Assembly: GCA_043825735.1 (NCBI GenBank)
Contig: JBDRRP010000107.1
Location: 248,001-312,000, forward strand
Source: Pseudomonadota bacterium
GTDB taxonomy: Bacteria > Desulfobacterota > Desulfobacteria > Desulfobacterales > JBDRRP01
DNA length: 64,000 bases
Direction of reading: 5' to 3'
Below the pieces are notes generated by a model, which saw only the letters and a list, made by a program, of their open reading frames with translations, made no database searches and had not been told where the DNA came from. Below are positions 18,658 through 30,079 of this stretch, piece after piece. Each line of letters starts with the position of its first letter. The stretch's first letter is position 1. Position numbers and translations under genes: made by a program.

Positions 18658-19875
18658 ATGAAAGCCAGGATTGACCAGATGACCCCGTTTTTGCCCCCAG
18701 GGGATGAAGCCTTGACCGGCCTGGCCGAAGACCTTATCGCGCGTTCGGCGCGTCTTGGCGGAATTTTGCACCCGGTTACAAGCGGAACGGTCATCGCCTA
18801 TCTCAAGATGACCAATTCGTACTATTCGAATCTGATCGAAGATCATCATACCCACCCGGTGGACATCGAACGGGCCATGGCCGGCGATTACGCCCAGGAG
18901 CCGACAAAACGGGCAATGCAGTTTGAGGGTTTGGCCCATGTCGAAATCCAGGACAGAATCGATGCGAAGCTGACCGACAACACATCGATTGAGGTTTGCC
19001 ATCCGGATTTTATCTGTTGGGTCCACCAGGCGTTTTACAAACGGCTGCCGGAAGAAATGCGAACGATCACGGACGCGGAAGGCGAAGAAAGAACCCTGGT
19101 GGTTCCGGGTGAACTCCGGCGACGAGAGGTCCAGGTGGCCAGGCACGTGGCGCCGAACTGGGAGTCCATTCCCGCCTTCCTGGAAAAATACCATGAACTC
19201 TACGAACCCGACCGATTCAAAACCACTGCCGGCCGGCTCTTGGCGGCGGCGGCCGCACATCATCGGTTGCTGTGGATCCATCCGTTCCTGGACGGCAACG
19301 GCCGGGTGGCCAGGTTGCTGACGGATGCCTATTTTCGGCGCATGGGACTCCAAGGGACCGGTCTGTGGACGGTAAGCCGCGGACTTGCCCGCCACCGGGA
19401 CCTGTACATGGCCATGCTTGCCGAAGCCGATGCACCGCGCCGGGGGGACTTGGACGGTCGGGGCAGCCTGTCCCAATCGGGTTTGTTGGCCTTCTGCCGC
19501 TTTTTTCTGGAAACCAGCCTGGACCAGGTCGATTTCATGGGTCGGATGCTGGACCTGCCGGGGCTCATGGACCGGATTCAGGGTTATGTGGCCCTAAGGG
19601 GGCAGAAGATGATTCCGGGCCGGCCGGTCCTGAGGCCTCAAGCCGGCCACCTGCTCCGCGAGGCGCTTCTTCGCGGCGCGTTTTCACGGGGCGAGGCTTC
19701 CCGGGTGACCGGACTGGGCGAGCGCACGGCCCGGACGCTAATATCCCAATTGACCGATGAACGCCTCTTGACCTCCGACACCCCCAAGAGCGACCTCAAG
19801 CTCGGGCTGCCGACGCACACCGCGCGATACTATTTCCCGGATCTGGTGGAGACGATAGACTCACCTGATTATTGA
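18658..19875 (+). CDS. Fic-family protein with C-terminal wHTH
   Basis: Canonical Fic motif HPFLDGNGRVAR; N-terminal 'SYYSNLIED'; AT-rich promoter region. Confidence 0.92.
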   Translation: MKARIDQMTPFLPPGDEALTGLAEDLIARSARLGGILHPVTSGTVIAYLKMTNSYYSNLIEDHHTHPVDIERAMAGDYAQEPTKRAMQFEGLAHVEIQDRIDAKLTDNTSIEVCHPDFICWVHQAFYKRLPEEMRTITDAEGEERTLVVPGELRRREVQVARHVAPNWESIPAFLEKYHELYEPDRFKTTAGRLLAAAAAHHRLLWIHPFLDGNGRVARLLTDAYFRRMGLQGTGLWTVSRGLARHRDLYMAMLAEADAPRRGDLDGRGSLSQSGLLAFCRFFLETSLDQVDFMGRMLDLPGLMDRIQGYVALRGQKMIPGRPVLRPQAGHLLREALLRGAFSRGEASRVTGLGERTARTLISQLTDERLLTSDTPKSDLKLGLPTHTARYYFPDLVETIDSPDY

Positions 19876-20232
19876 CGGTTCGCGAAGTGAGAAAACACCT
19901 CGATAGCTTCCCATAAGCTGGATGGTGCGGGCCGTGGCCACCCTCTCGCGGATCACTGCCGAAGGCTCGGCATTGATCTTTGCTGCCAGATCCTTGCAGG
20001 GAACGGCCGGCATGTCCTATTCGGAGGGGGGAGAGCCCGGGCAACCGGGGTTTCCCACCCCTATAGCGATTATCAAGCATTTCTGGACCCCGGCCTTCCA
20101 CCGTCGCTACGCTATGGCGGACAGGTCGCCGGGGTGATGGGCGTTGGGACTTTTTACGGAGCCATCGGAGTTGGTTTTCATCCCAATCGAAATCGGGAGC
20201 GGATCTGGGCCGAAATGCGTCTTTCGGTATCG

Positions 20233-20293
20233 ATCGCGCCAGGACCGCAGCGCGGCAGCGTCATACAACACAACCCGGGCGGAGGCAAACCCC
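20233..20293 (+). repeat. 61-nt direct repeat, copy 2
   Basis: Aligns ungapped with 18167-18227. Confidence 0.75.
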
Positions 20294-20466
20294 GCCCTTG
20301 AGAAACCGGCGAGGGTCGGTTCACCGGGTCGCGTGGGGCAGGCAAGGGGGGCGCTCCCTTCCGCCAGACCGGGGGGCATGGCGGGACGCGCTCTGTCGCG
20401 TCCGCATGGTTTTTTCGGACAATCTGGAGAACTGCCGATCCCGATAGCGATACCGATAGCGATGGA

Positions 20467-21462
20467 TCAGGGGCCGAAGGCATACCCCAGCAGGAACATG
20501 ATCTTGGAATCCCACTTTTCCCTGGCCTTGGGGCTGGGGGCGTTGTTCCAGTCGTAGTTGTACTGCAAGGTGGCGTTGAATCCCCTGGTGATGGGCACCC
20601 GGACGCCCTGGCGGGTCTTGACGGCCCATTGGTTGGCATCCTCGAGGCCCACGAAGCCGTCCTGGCGGTGAAAGAGCTGAAAGGCCCGGCCAAAGAAGTA
20701 CTGGTCGTAATGGATCGCCCACTGGGCCGAGGGGAAGTCGTCTTCGGGGGCGCTGCCGTATGCGGTCTTCACCCAGGCGGCGCCGGCGGAAGCCGACAGG
20801 TTGAGATCCTTGGATTCGAAAAACTGGTAGCCGGCGCCGGCGCCCAGGGTCGTTCTCAGGTCCAGGTCGGCGAGCTCGTCGTGCTCGAAGCGGGCGCTGC
20901 CGTAGCCGTACCACTGACGGGTCATGTAGTGCCGGGCACTGCCATAGCCCGTCCAGTTGTCGGCGGTCTTGATGTCGTCGGCAAACTCCCGGTCGTACTC
21001 CCCGCCGACATTATAGCGCTGGTGCCGGGTGCGGGCCACCAGGTCGGCGTCGAGATTGAGCTTTTCGGTGTCGGTGTTGCCCTTTTCCGAGGACACCCCC
21101 GCGTTGGCCCGGCCGGAGAAGACCACGGCCGGCGGCGCCTCGGGCTGGATCAAGGCGGCGCCGGTCAAAGAGAAGTCGTTACCGCTGCCGGCCGTCCGCC
21201 CGAACACCCGCCCCGATGCCGTGGTCCCGTCGGGCATCTCCACGTAGACCGGGGCATCGGTGGTGAGACGCGCCACCCGGCCGGCCGGCACCGTGACGTC
21301 CTTTCCCCAGTCGGTCCTGAACAGCACCTTGCCGTCGGCCGCCCGCACCAGCGTGCCGGTGATGCGGTCGCCGTTGTCCAGGCTGAGCGTGTCGGCGGAC
21401 AGCGCCGCCGGCAGTGCCAGCAGCAGCGCCCAGGCAATGAAGAAACACCGCTTTTTTGCCAT
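20467..21462 (-). CDS. DUF481 (YdiY-like) outer-membrane beta-barrel protein
   Basis: Signal peptide, 'NGDRITG', 'GNTDTEK', 'LGAGAGYQF', C-terminal 'LGYAF'. Confidence 0.8.
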   Translation of the reverse strand: MAKKRCFFIAWALLLALPAALSADTLSLDNGDRITGTLVRAADGKVLFRTDWGKDVTVPAGRVARLTTDAPVYVEMPDGTTASGRVFGRTAGSGNDFSLTGAALIQPEAPPAVVFSGRANAGVSSEKGNTDTEKLNLDADLVARTRHQRYNVGGEYDREFADDIKTADNWTGYGSARHYMTRQWYGYGSARFEHDELADLDLRTTLGAGAGYQFFESKDLNLSASAGAAWVKTAYGSAPEDDFPSAQWAIHYDQYFFGRAFQLFHRQDGFVGLEDANQWAVKTRQGVRVPITRGFNATLQYNYDWNNAPSPKAREKWDSKIMFLLGYAFGP

Positions 21463-21582
21463 TATGCTGACTCCCGTCGTCCTGACTGATATCAATGGCG
21501 TTTGCGGCCTCAGGCCGCTGTTCAATGCAGTTCTCCGCGCCTTGGCGCCTCTACCGCGAGACCTGTTTTTGCCGTCACCCCG

Positions 21583-22233
21583 CTACTCGAACTGTTTTCT
21601 GAACTCGAGAAACGCACGCTTCAACGCCGCCATTTCCTCCTCGAGGGCCGCCACCGTAGCTTCCAGTTTCTCCATGCGACGAACGTTTTCGGCCGATTCG
21701 GTGGATTCCGGCGGCGGCGCCGGGGCAGCGGCGGGTGCGGCTGTCTCCGGCGCACCAGACAACAGATGCGCGTATCGCGATTCTTTGTGGCCGGGAAGAC
21801 GTGCCAGGCGCGCCGCAACCCCCAGCGCTTCGAGGGTGCCCATCGATTCGGCCGCCTCTTCCAGGCTCTGGAACGCATAGAGCCGGCTCGTCCGGGTGCG
21901 GATCTCTCCGATGGTCTGGGCGCCGCGCAGCAGCAGTACGCAAAGGACCGCGGTTTCCCGGGGCACCAGGCTGTGAAGCTGCGAAAAGCGCTCCTCGAAT
22001 TTGCTCACCCGGCCGACACGGCTTTCATACACCAGCTCCCGGCTGGCGAGATCGTCCGCCGCGGCCTGTACCGTGGCCTCGTCATAGGCCACCACCGGCT
22101 CCCGGCTCGATTTCTGGTTGCAGGCTGCGGTGAGGGCGTTGAGCGACAGGGGGTAGTACTCCGGCGTAGCCAGGGCCTTTTCCATAAGACTGCCCAGCAC
22201 GCGGACCGCCGCATCATCAATGCTATTGGCCAT
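21583..22233 (-). CDS. yceH: YceH / DUF480 family protein
   Basis: 'RVLGSLMEK..ATPEYYPLSLNAL..ACNQKSSREPV', 'LLLRGAQT.GE', 'ESRYAHL'. Confidence 0.9.
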   Translation of the reverse strand: MANSIDDAAVRVLGSLMEKALATPEYYPLSLNALTAACNQKSSREPVVAYDEATVQAAADDLASRELVYESRVGRVSKFEERFSQLHSLVPRETAVLCVLLLRGAQTIGEIRTRTSRLYAFQSLEEAAESMGTLEALGVAARLARLPGHKESRYAHLLSGAPETAAPAAAPAPPPESTESAENVRRMEKLEATVAALEEEMAALKRAFLEFRKQFE

Positions 22234-22356
22234 CTCTGTCCTCCGTGTTGCCTCTCAGGGGCTGTGCCCCGTGTCGCCGGCCTTGAACACCGGCGTGCGT
22301 TCATCCTGGCGTTTTTGGGCATGAACGTCAATACCGGCCCGCTCCAGGGGCCCTCA

Positions 22357-22385
22357 TTGACAGGGAATTGTTGTCGAATTACCAT
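22357..22385 (+). promoter_or_regulatory. Sigma70-type promoter for the GAF-ATPase gene
   Basis: TTGACA-17 nt-TACCAT. Confidence 0.55.
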
Positions 22386-22525
22386 TGCGGCCGTCAGAGT
22401 ATACCGCCAATGATGCAGATCTTCCTTGGCGGGAAAGAAGACCTGTAGAAAACCGGCAGGCGGTGAGTGCGAACACTGTGCCCGCCCGCATCATAACGCG
22501 GGCGGGTTTCGAGAAAGGCGGCAAG

Positions 22526-24817
22526 GTGAATCAACCAGTTTCGGCGGCGCTGTTTCATCCCGAAGCGAAGAAAATCCTGGACCGGGCGCTTTCGCTGCAC
22601 CACGCCACGAATATCGGCGATATTACAAGAGCGCTCGCTGCAGACGTCTGCGAATTCTTCAGCGCGGAACGCGTGCGCCTGTTTGCTTACGACGCAGTCG
22701 GCAACGAGATGTATACCCGGATCCGGCTCACCGATGACATCGTTGAGCTCAAGTTTCCGGTTTCGGAGCAATCGCTGGCCGGATACACGGCCCTGCACCG
22801 GCGGCCGGTCGCCATCGACGATGTGAGCGATCCCAAGCAGCTCGCCCGATACCCGGGGATGCGCTACGATAACCGCTTCGAGGCACGAACGGGCGTTAGG
22901 GTGCGTTCCATCATTTCCCTGCCGCTGCTGGAGAATGCTTCGGATCTGATCGGCATCATCCAGTTGGTGAATGTGGCGCGGCCGGTCGGCGATTACGCCG
23001 CCGATCTCGATTTTCTGGAGTCGATCGGAAAAGTGGTGGCCGCCGCCATGTTCCACCATGACAAGGCGCAGCGGCGGGCAACGCCGTTCGAGTTGCTGAT
23101 GGAAGAGGGCGTCGTCAGCCGCGAGACGATCGCTGCCGCCGTTCGGTCGGCCGAGGCGCACGCCGACGATCCCGTCAAGGGAGACCCCGTCGGCGTGCTC
23201 ATGGACGATTACGGTGTTTCCGAAGCGGACATGCAGGCATCCTTGGCCCGGTACTACCTCACCGATTTTTTGCCCCTCGACGAAACGCGCCTCATCCCGC
23301 CCGAGCTGTTTCGGGGGTTCAATGCCGGATACTTCAAAAAAAACGGGGTCGCCCCCATCGCGCTCGAAGGCGGCGTCCTGACGGTGGTGATGGAAGACCC
23401 CTTCAACGCGGCCCTGGTCAGGGATCTCAAACGAACCTATCAGACGAACCGATGCCGTTTATACGTGGGGTTTCGACGGGACATCCTGGCGACCATCGAT
23501 CGCGGGCAGGAGCAGGCCCTGACCGACGCCGGCGGGACATCGTCGCTTGAAGTGATGTCGGCCGATACGGCCGAGCCCGCAGAAAACCGGGAAGAGGACA
23601 TTCTCAACGAGGACGCGCCCCTTGTGGTCCAGGTGGTGAACAAGCTCATCCTGGAAGCTTTCGAAAAAAAGGTCTCCGATATCCACGTGGAGCCGGGGAT
23701 CGGCAACGGCGAGACCGCTATCCGGTACCGAAAGGACGGCGTCTGCTTTCAGCACGCACTGGTGCCCGCCAATCTCACCCCGGCACTCATCAGCCGCATC
23801 AAGGTGCTTGCGCGGCTCAAACTGGAAGAGCACCGGTTTCCGCAATCGGGCAAGATACGGCTCAAATACGGCGATTCGGTGATCGAGCTGCGCGTGGAGG
23901 TGACCCCCACGGTGGGCCGAAAAGAGGACGTGGTGCTGCGCATCCTCGCCGGCGGAACGTTTCTGGCCATCGACGATCTGGACCTGTCCGAGTCCAACCG
24001 GTCAGCGCTTTTGGGCATGATCGCCAAACCCTACGGCATTCTTCTCGCCGTGGGACCCACCGGCTCCGGTAAAACCACCACCTTGCACGCCATCCTCCAC
24101 CATCTGAATTCGGTGGAGAAGAAGATCTGGACCGTGGAGGACCCGGTGGAGATCACCCAGCCGGGCCTTCGCCAGGTGCAGGTGAATCTCAACATCAAGC
24201 CCGAGCCCTTCGATTTCGCCAAGGCCATGCGCTCGTTTCTGCGCGCCGATCCGGACATCATCATGGTGGGCGAGATGCGCGACAAGCAGACCGCCGGTAT
24301 CGCCATCGAAGCCTCGCTCACCGGCCACCTGGTGCTCTCCACCCTGCACACCAACTCGGCCCCCGAGACCATCACACGGCTGATCGAGATGGGCATCGAC
24401 CCCCTGAACGTGGCCGACAGCCTGCTGGGGGTGCTGGCCCAGCGGCTGGTGCGGGTATTGTGCCCCGAGTGCAAGGAAGCCACCGCGCCGGACGACGGAG
24501 AGATCGAGGCGCTGAAGGTGGCCTGCGGCCGAGAGCATGCCGCGGCCTGCCATCTGGAGGATCCCATCGAGACGCTCTACCGGCCGGTGGGGTGCCCCCG
24601 GTGCAGCAACCTCGGCTTCCGCGGGCGCGCGGGCATCCACGAACTGCTCCAGGCCACGCCGGCGGTCAAACAGGCCATCGGCACCGGCAGCCCCATGACG
24701 GTCATTCGCGATGCGGCCATGGCCGATGGCATGGCCACCCTCAAGATGGACGGCATCCGCCGCATCGTCGCCGGCCAGACCACCCTGGCCGAAGTGCTCA
24801 AGGTCTGCATCGACTGA
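22526..24817 (+). CDS. GAF-domain-fused GspE/PilB-family secretion/pilus ATPase
   Basis: N-terminal GAF, 'SDIHVEP', Walker A 'GPTGSGKTT', 'RADPDIIMVGEMRD', 'TGHLVLSTLHTN', CxxC...CxxC; GTG start estimated. Confidence 0.88.
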   Translation: MNQPVSAALFHPEAKKILDRALSLHHATNIGDITRALAADVCEFFSAERVRLFAYDAVGNEMYTRIRLTDDIVELKFPVSEQSLAGYTALHRRPVAIDDVSDPKQLARYPGMRYDNRFEARTGVRVRSIISLPLLENASDLIGIIQLVNVARPVGDYAADLDFLESIGKVVAAAMFHHDKAQRRATPFELLMEEGVVSRETIAAAVRSAEAHADDPVKGDPVGVLMDDYGVSEADMQASLARYYLTDFLPLDETRLIPPELFRGFNAGYFKKNGVAPIALEGGVLTVVMEDPFNAALVRDLKRTYQTNRCRLYVGFRRDILATIDRGQEQALTDAGGTSSLEVMSADTAEPAENREEDILNEDAPLVVQVVNKLILEAFEKKVSDIHVEPGIGNGETAIRYRKDGVCFQHALVPANLTPALISRIKVLARLKLEEHRFPQSGKIRLKYGDSVIELRVEVTPTVGRKEDVVLRILAGGTFLAIDDLDLSESNRSALLGMIAKPYGILLAVGPTGSGKTTTLHAILHHLNSVEKKIWTVEDPVEITQPGLRQVQVNLNIKPEPFDFAKAMRSFLRADPDIIMVGEMRDKQTAGIAIEASLTGHLVLSTLHTNSAPETITRLIEMGIDPLNVADSLLGVLAQRLVRVLCPECKEATAPDDGEIEALKVACGREHAAACHLEDPIETLYRPVGCPRCSNLGFRGRAGIHELLQATPAVKQAIGTGSPMTVIRDAAMADGMATLKMDGIRRIVAGQTTLAEVLKVCID

Positions 24818-24896
24818 TTCTTGCCGGCAACCATTATAGCAAATGTCATTATGACGTTCCGATTGGTCGAGCGTTTAAGACAATGCGTTAGACCCA

Positions 24897-27737
24897 TCAT
24901 ACCTCCGAAAGAATCTCTTGGATTTTTTCGGAGAGGTCCACCAGACTGAAAGGCTTTTGGAGGAATCCGCGGCATCCTTTGTTGAGGATGTTCGTGGCCT
25001 GCCCGTCGATGCTGTATCCGCTGGAGAGGATGACCCGAACCTTGGGATCGATGGCGTTGAGGCGATCGAAGGTCTCGCCGCCGCTCATGCCCGGCATGAT
25101 CATGTCGAGGATGACCAGGTTGATGTCGGCAGACCGGTTCTGGAAAATATCGACGGCGGACTGTCCGTCGGCGGCGGTGAGTACCGTGTAGCCCAGACGC
25201 GCGAGCATCTGGCGGCCGACGTCCAGAGCCACCGGTTCGTCGTCGACAAGGAGAATGAGGCCGTGGCCGGTCGCCAATGCGCCGGTATCCGCTGCGGGAG
25301 TCTCCACCGGTTTTTCAGAGGCCGGTAAAAAGAGCGTCAGCGTCGAGCCCACGCCCACTTCGCTCTCGACGGTGATAAAGCCGCCGTGGTTTTTGATGAT
25401 GCCGTAGGCCGAAGCCAGACCCAGGCCGGTGCCGCGCCCTTTTTCCTTTGTCGTGAAAAACGGATCGAATATGCGCTGCAGGGTGCCTGCATCCATGCCG
25501 ATGCCGGTGTCGCCGACGGCGATTTTCACATAGCGGCCGGTGGTGGCCTGAAAGGGCGCGGCCTGCGTGTCATCGACACTGCAAAGCGCCGTCTGCAGTG
25601 AGATGGTGCCGCCGCCGGGCATGGCCTGCCAGGCATTGATGAACAGATTGAGCAGTACCTGGTTGAGCTGCGTCCGGTCGGCCTCCACGGTGCCGATGTC
25701 CGGTGCCAGTTTGTACACGACGTTGATTTCTTTCCGGGTCCGGGCAAAGAGTGTGAGACTTTCCTGGGCCAGTGCGTTGACATCTACGGGGGTCACTTCG
25801 TACTTGCCGCCGCGGGCCATGCCCAGAAGCTGTTTGGTGAGCCCAGTGGCGCTTGTTACGCAGGTGTTGATGCCGTCCAGGTGTTCGCCGAGCGAAAGTG
25901 GGGTGCCGGGATCGGCTTTCATGAGCGATACGCGTCCGAGTATCCCCATCAGCAGGTTGTTGAAATCGTGGGCGATGCCGCCGGCCAGGGTGCCGATGGC
26001 TTCCATTTTCTGGGCCTGAAGCAGTTGGGCCTGGAGTTTTTCTCTTTCTGCTTCGGCATCCAGGCGAAAACGGATGTCGCGGATGGCCGCAACATGCACC
26101 GGGCGGCCTTTCCAGGTGAAGTGCCTTGCGGTGATCTCCACCGGTAGCCGAGCGCCGTCTTTGGCCCGGTGGTAGCGGATGGGAATCGTGGTTTTCGGGC
26201 TCACGGTCGCATCCCGGGTTTTTTCCGGCTCCGCGGACAGGTCCGTGTTTTTCATCGTGAGCAACTCTTCCCGGCTGTAACCGTAGAGTTCGACCGCGGC
26301 GGCATTGACCTCGATGATCGCGCCGCTGTCTCTGTCGATGAGGAAGATGGCGTCCATTTCCATTTCGAAAAGCTGCCGGTAGCGTTCCTCGTTTTCCTTC
26401 AGATCTCTCAGGGTGTTCTTGCTGGCGGTGATGTCCAGCGCGGTGAACGTAACGCCCGCCGAGAGATCCCGGGCATCGAGCGGCGTCGAACTCAGCAGCA
26501 CGTCGATGACTTCGCCGTTTTTTCGCCGCCAGCGGGTTTCCACCGTACCGGTGCCGGTGGCGCGGATCTGGAGATACTTCTCCCGGCCGACATACTCGTA
26601 CGCTTCGTCGCTGGGATAGAGCATGCGTGCATTCTGGCCGATCATTTCTTCCCGCGAATATCCCGTCATTTCGCACAGACGGTCGTTGGCGCGTGAAATG
26701 ACCCGGTGGACCACCATACCGATTCCCGTGGGCGCAGCACGGAAAATGCTGGCAAGGGTCGCTTCCCGTTGTCTGAGTTCTTCAGTCGTGACCCGGTGCC
26801 GATCGATTTCGTTCTGCAGTTCGGCCGTACGATCGGCCACGGCCTTTTCTAGTTCCTCCCGATGGTGCTGCAACGCCTCCTGGGCGCGGATCCGTTCGGT
26901 GATCATCAGGTTTGCAGTGACCGCCAATTCCTGGAATTCCTTGAAATGAAGCCGGGCCGGATCAATTTGGGTGGTGCTGTCGGTGGCGGCTTTGAAGAAG
27001 GTCGTAAAGGTGTGCAGATTCACCATGATCTTGCCCACCGTCAGATGGACGAACACTGCGGCAATCACCACCGCCAGAAGCATTGCGACAAGGCTGCGAA
27101 GGATGGTGGGCGTAAAGGCGTTCTGGCGAGCACTGCGTTTTTTCGCCACTGCCGCATGGATGTCGTCCAGATAGATGCCGGTGGCAATCACCCACTGCCA
27201 GTCGGGGACGCTTTTGGCGAAGGTGATCTTCTCAGCCGGTCTGCCCGTTGCCGGTTGTATCGATCCGATGTAGCGCACGAAACCGCCGTCCGGCTGCCGG
27301 GCCGCGCGGGTCACCTCCTGGACGGCCTTCACGCCGTTGGCATCGGTGAAATCCCACATGTTTTTACCGATATTGCCGGTCTTGAAGTGCGCGAGGATGG
27401 TACCGTCGTAGGTATTCACAACGACGTATTGGTTCCTCCCCAATTGAATGCTGTTGATCCACCGGAGCACCGACTGCTGGGCCGCGGTGCGCGCCGCGGC
27501 GTCCCCCTCCGGCAGCTCACGCCGGATGTGGTCGATAGTGCTGATGATAATGGCGACTTCATTTTTTAAGGCCACCTTTGTCATCGCCGTACATTCCGCC
27601 AGGTCTTCGGCCGCCATGACGCTCAGGTGGTTGCGCTCGTTGGCGATGAACAGATATCCGAGAACGGCGATGGTAACCGCAATGACGATGACGGTATTGA
27701 GCAGGAAGGTGCGGGCGATGCTTTTCGGGGCGGGCAT
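24897..27737 (-). CDS. Hybrid sensor histidine kinase (Cache-PAS-PAS-HisKA-HATPase-REC)
   Basis: Periplasmic Cache ('GKNMWDFTDANG', 'WQWVIATGIYLDD'), 'IAHDFNNLL', 'FDPFFTTK..GRGTGLGL', 'LDMIMP'. Confidence 0.92.
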   Translation of the reverse strand: MPAPKSIARTFLLNTVIVIAVTIAVLGYLFIANERNHLSVMAAEDLAECTAMTKVALKNEVAIIISTIDHIRRELPEGDAAARTAAQQSVLRWINSIQLGRNQYVVVNTYDGTILAHFKTGNIGKNMWDFTDANGVKAVQEVTRAARQPDGGFVRYIGSIQPATGRPAEKITFAKSVPDWQWVIATGIYLDDIHAAVAKKRSARQNAFTPTILRSLVAMLLAVVIAAVFVHLTVGKIMVNLHTFTTFFKAATDSTTQIDPARLHFKEFQELAVTANLMITERIRAQEALQHHREELEKAVADRTAELQNEIDRHRVTTEELRQREATLASIFRAAPTGIGMVVHRVISRANDRLCEMTGYSREEMIGQNARMLYPSDEAYEYVGREKYLQIRATGTGTVETRWRRKNGEVIDVLLSSTPLDARDLSAGVTFTALDITASKNTLRDLKENEERYRQLFEMEMDAIFLIDRDSGAIIEVNAAAVELYGYSREELLTMKNTDLSAEPEKTRDATVSPKTTIPIRYHRAKDGARLPVEITARHFTWKGRPVHVAAIRDIRFRLDAEAEREKLQAQLLQAQKMEAIGTLAGGIAHDFNNLLMGILGRVSLMKADPGTPLSLGEHLDGINTCVTSATGLTKQLLGMARGGKYEVTPVDVNALAQESLTLFARTRKEINVVYKLAPDIGTVEADRTQLNQVLLNLFINAWQAMPGGGTISLQTALCSVDDTQAAPFQATTGRYVKIAVGDTGIGMDAGTLQRIFDPFFTTKEKGRGTGLGLASAYGIIKNHGGFITVESEVGVGSTLTLFLPASEKPVETPAADTGALATGHGLILLVDDEPVALDVGRQMLARLGYTVLTAADGQSAVDIFQNRSADINLVILDMIMPGMSGGETFDRLNAIDPKVRVILSSGYSIDGQATNILNKGCRGFLQKPFSLVDLSEKIQEILSEV

Positions 27738-27858
27738 GAGTCCACCTCTACCGGAATCGTATCTCCTGAAAACGTGATTGCAATGAGCTCACGGCACTGA
27801 TTTAGAAAGAAATGTTCACACATCCGGCAGCTTGCGTCAACAGGTGCGGTTTGCGGTG

Positions 27859-29808
<1,950 letters not shown>

Positions 29809-30079
29809 GGGGGGCTCCTTCAATGGGTGCCGGTGCCTCTGACCTGGTCCGGGGGTGGCTCAAGAGCGTACGCGCGTTGCCACTGTGGGCGTGACGCCTT
29901 CCTGACGGCGGCGGTGTCCTCTAAGATGAGATTGAACCACAGCGCCGGTGGGGGAGGCAAGGGGTAAATCGCATGAAGCCGTGGGGGGCACGCGCAGGCA
30001 TTGCGGAAAACTCGGCCCACCGCGGGCGGCGAGCCGAGTTTGCTGCAGCAATTGAAGCCGTTGTACTGATTTCCCGGCC

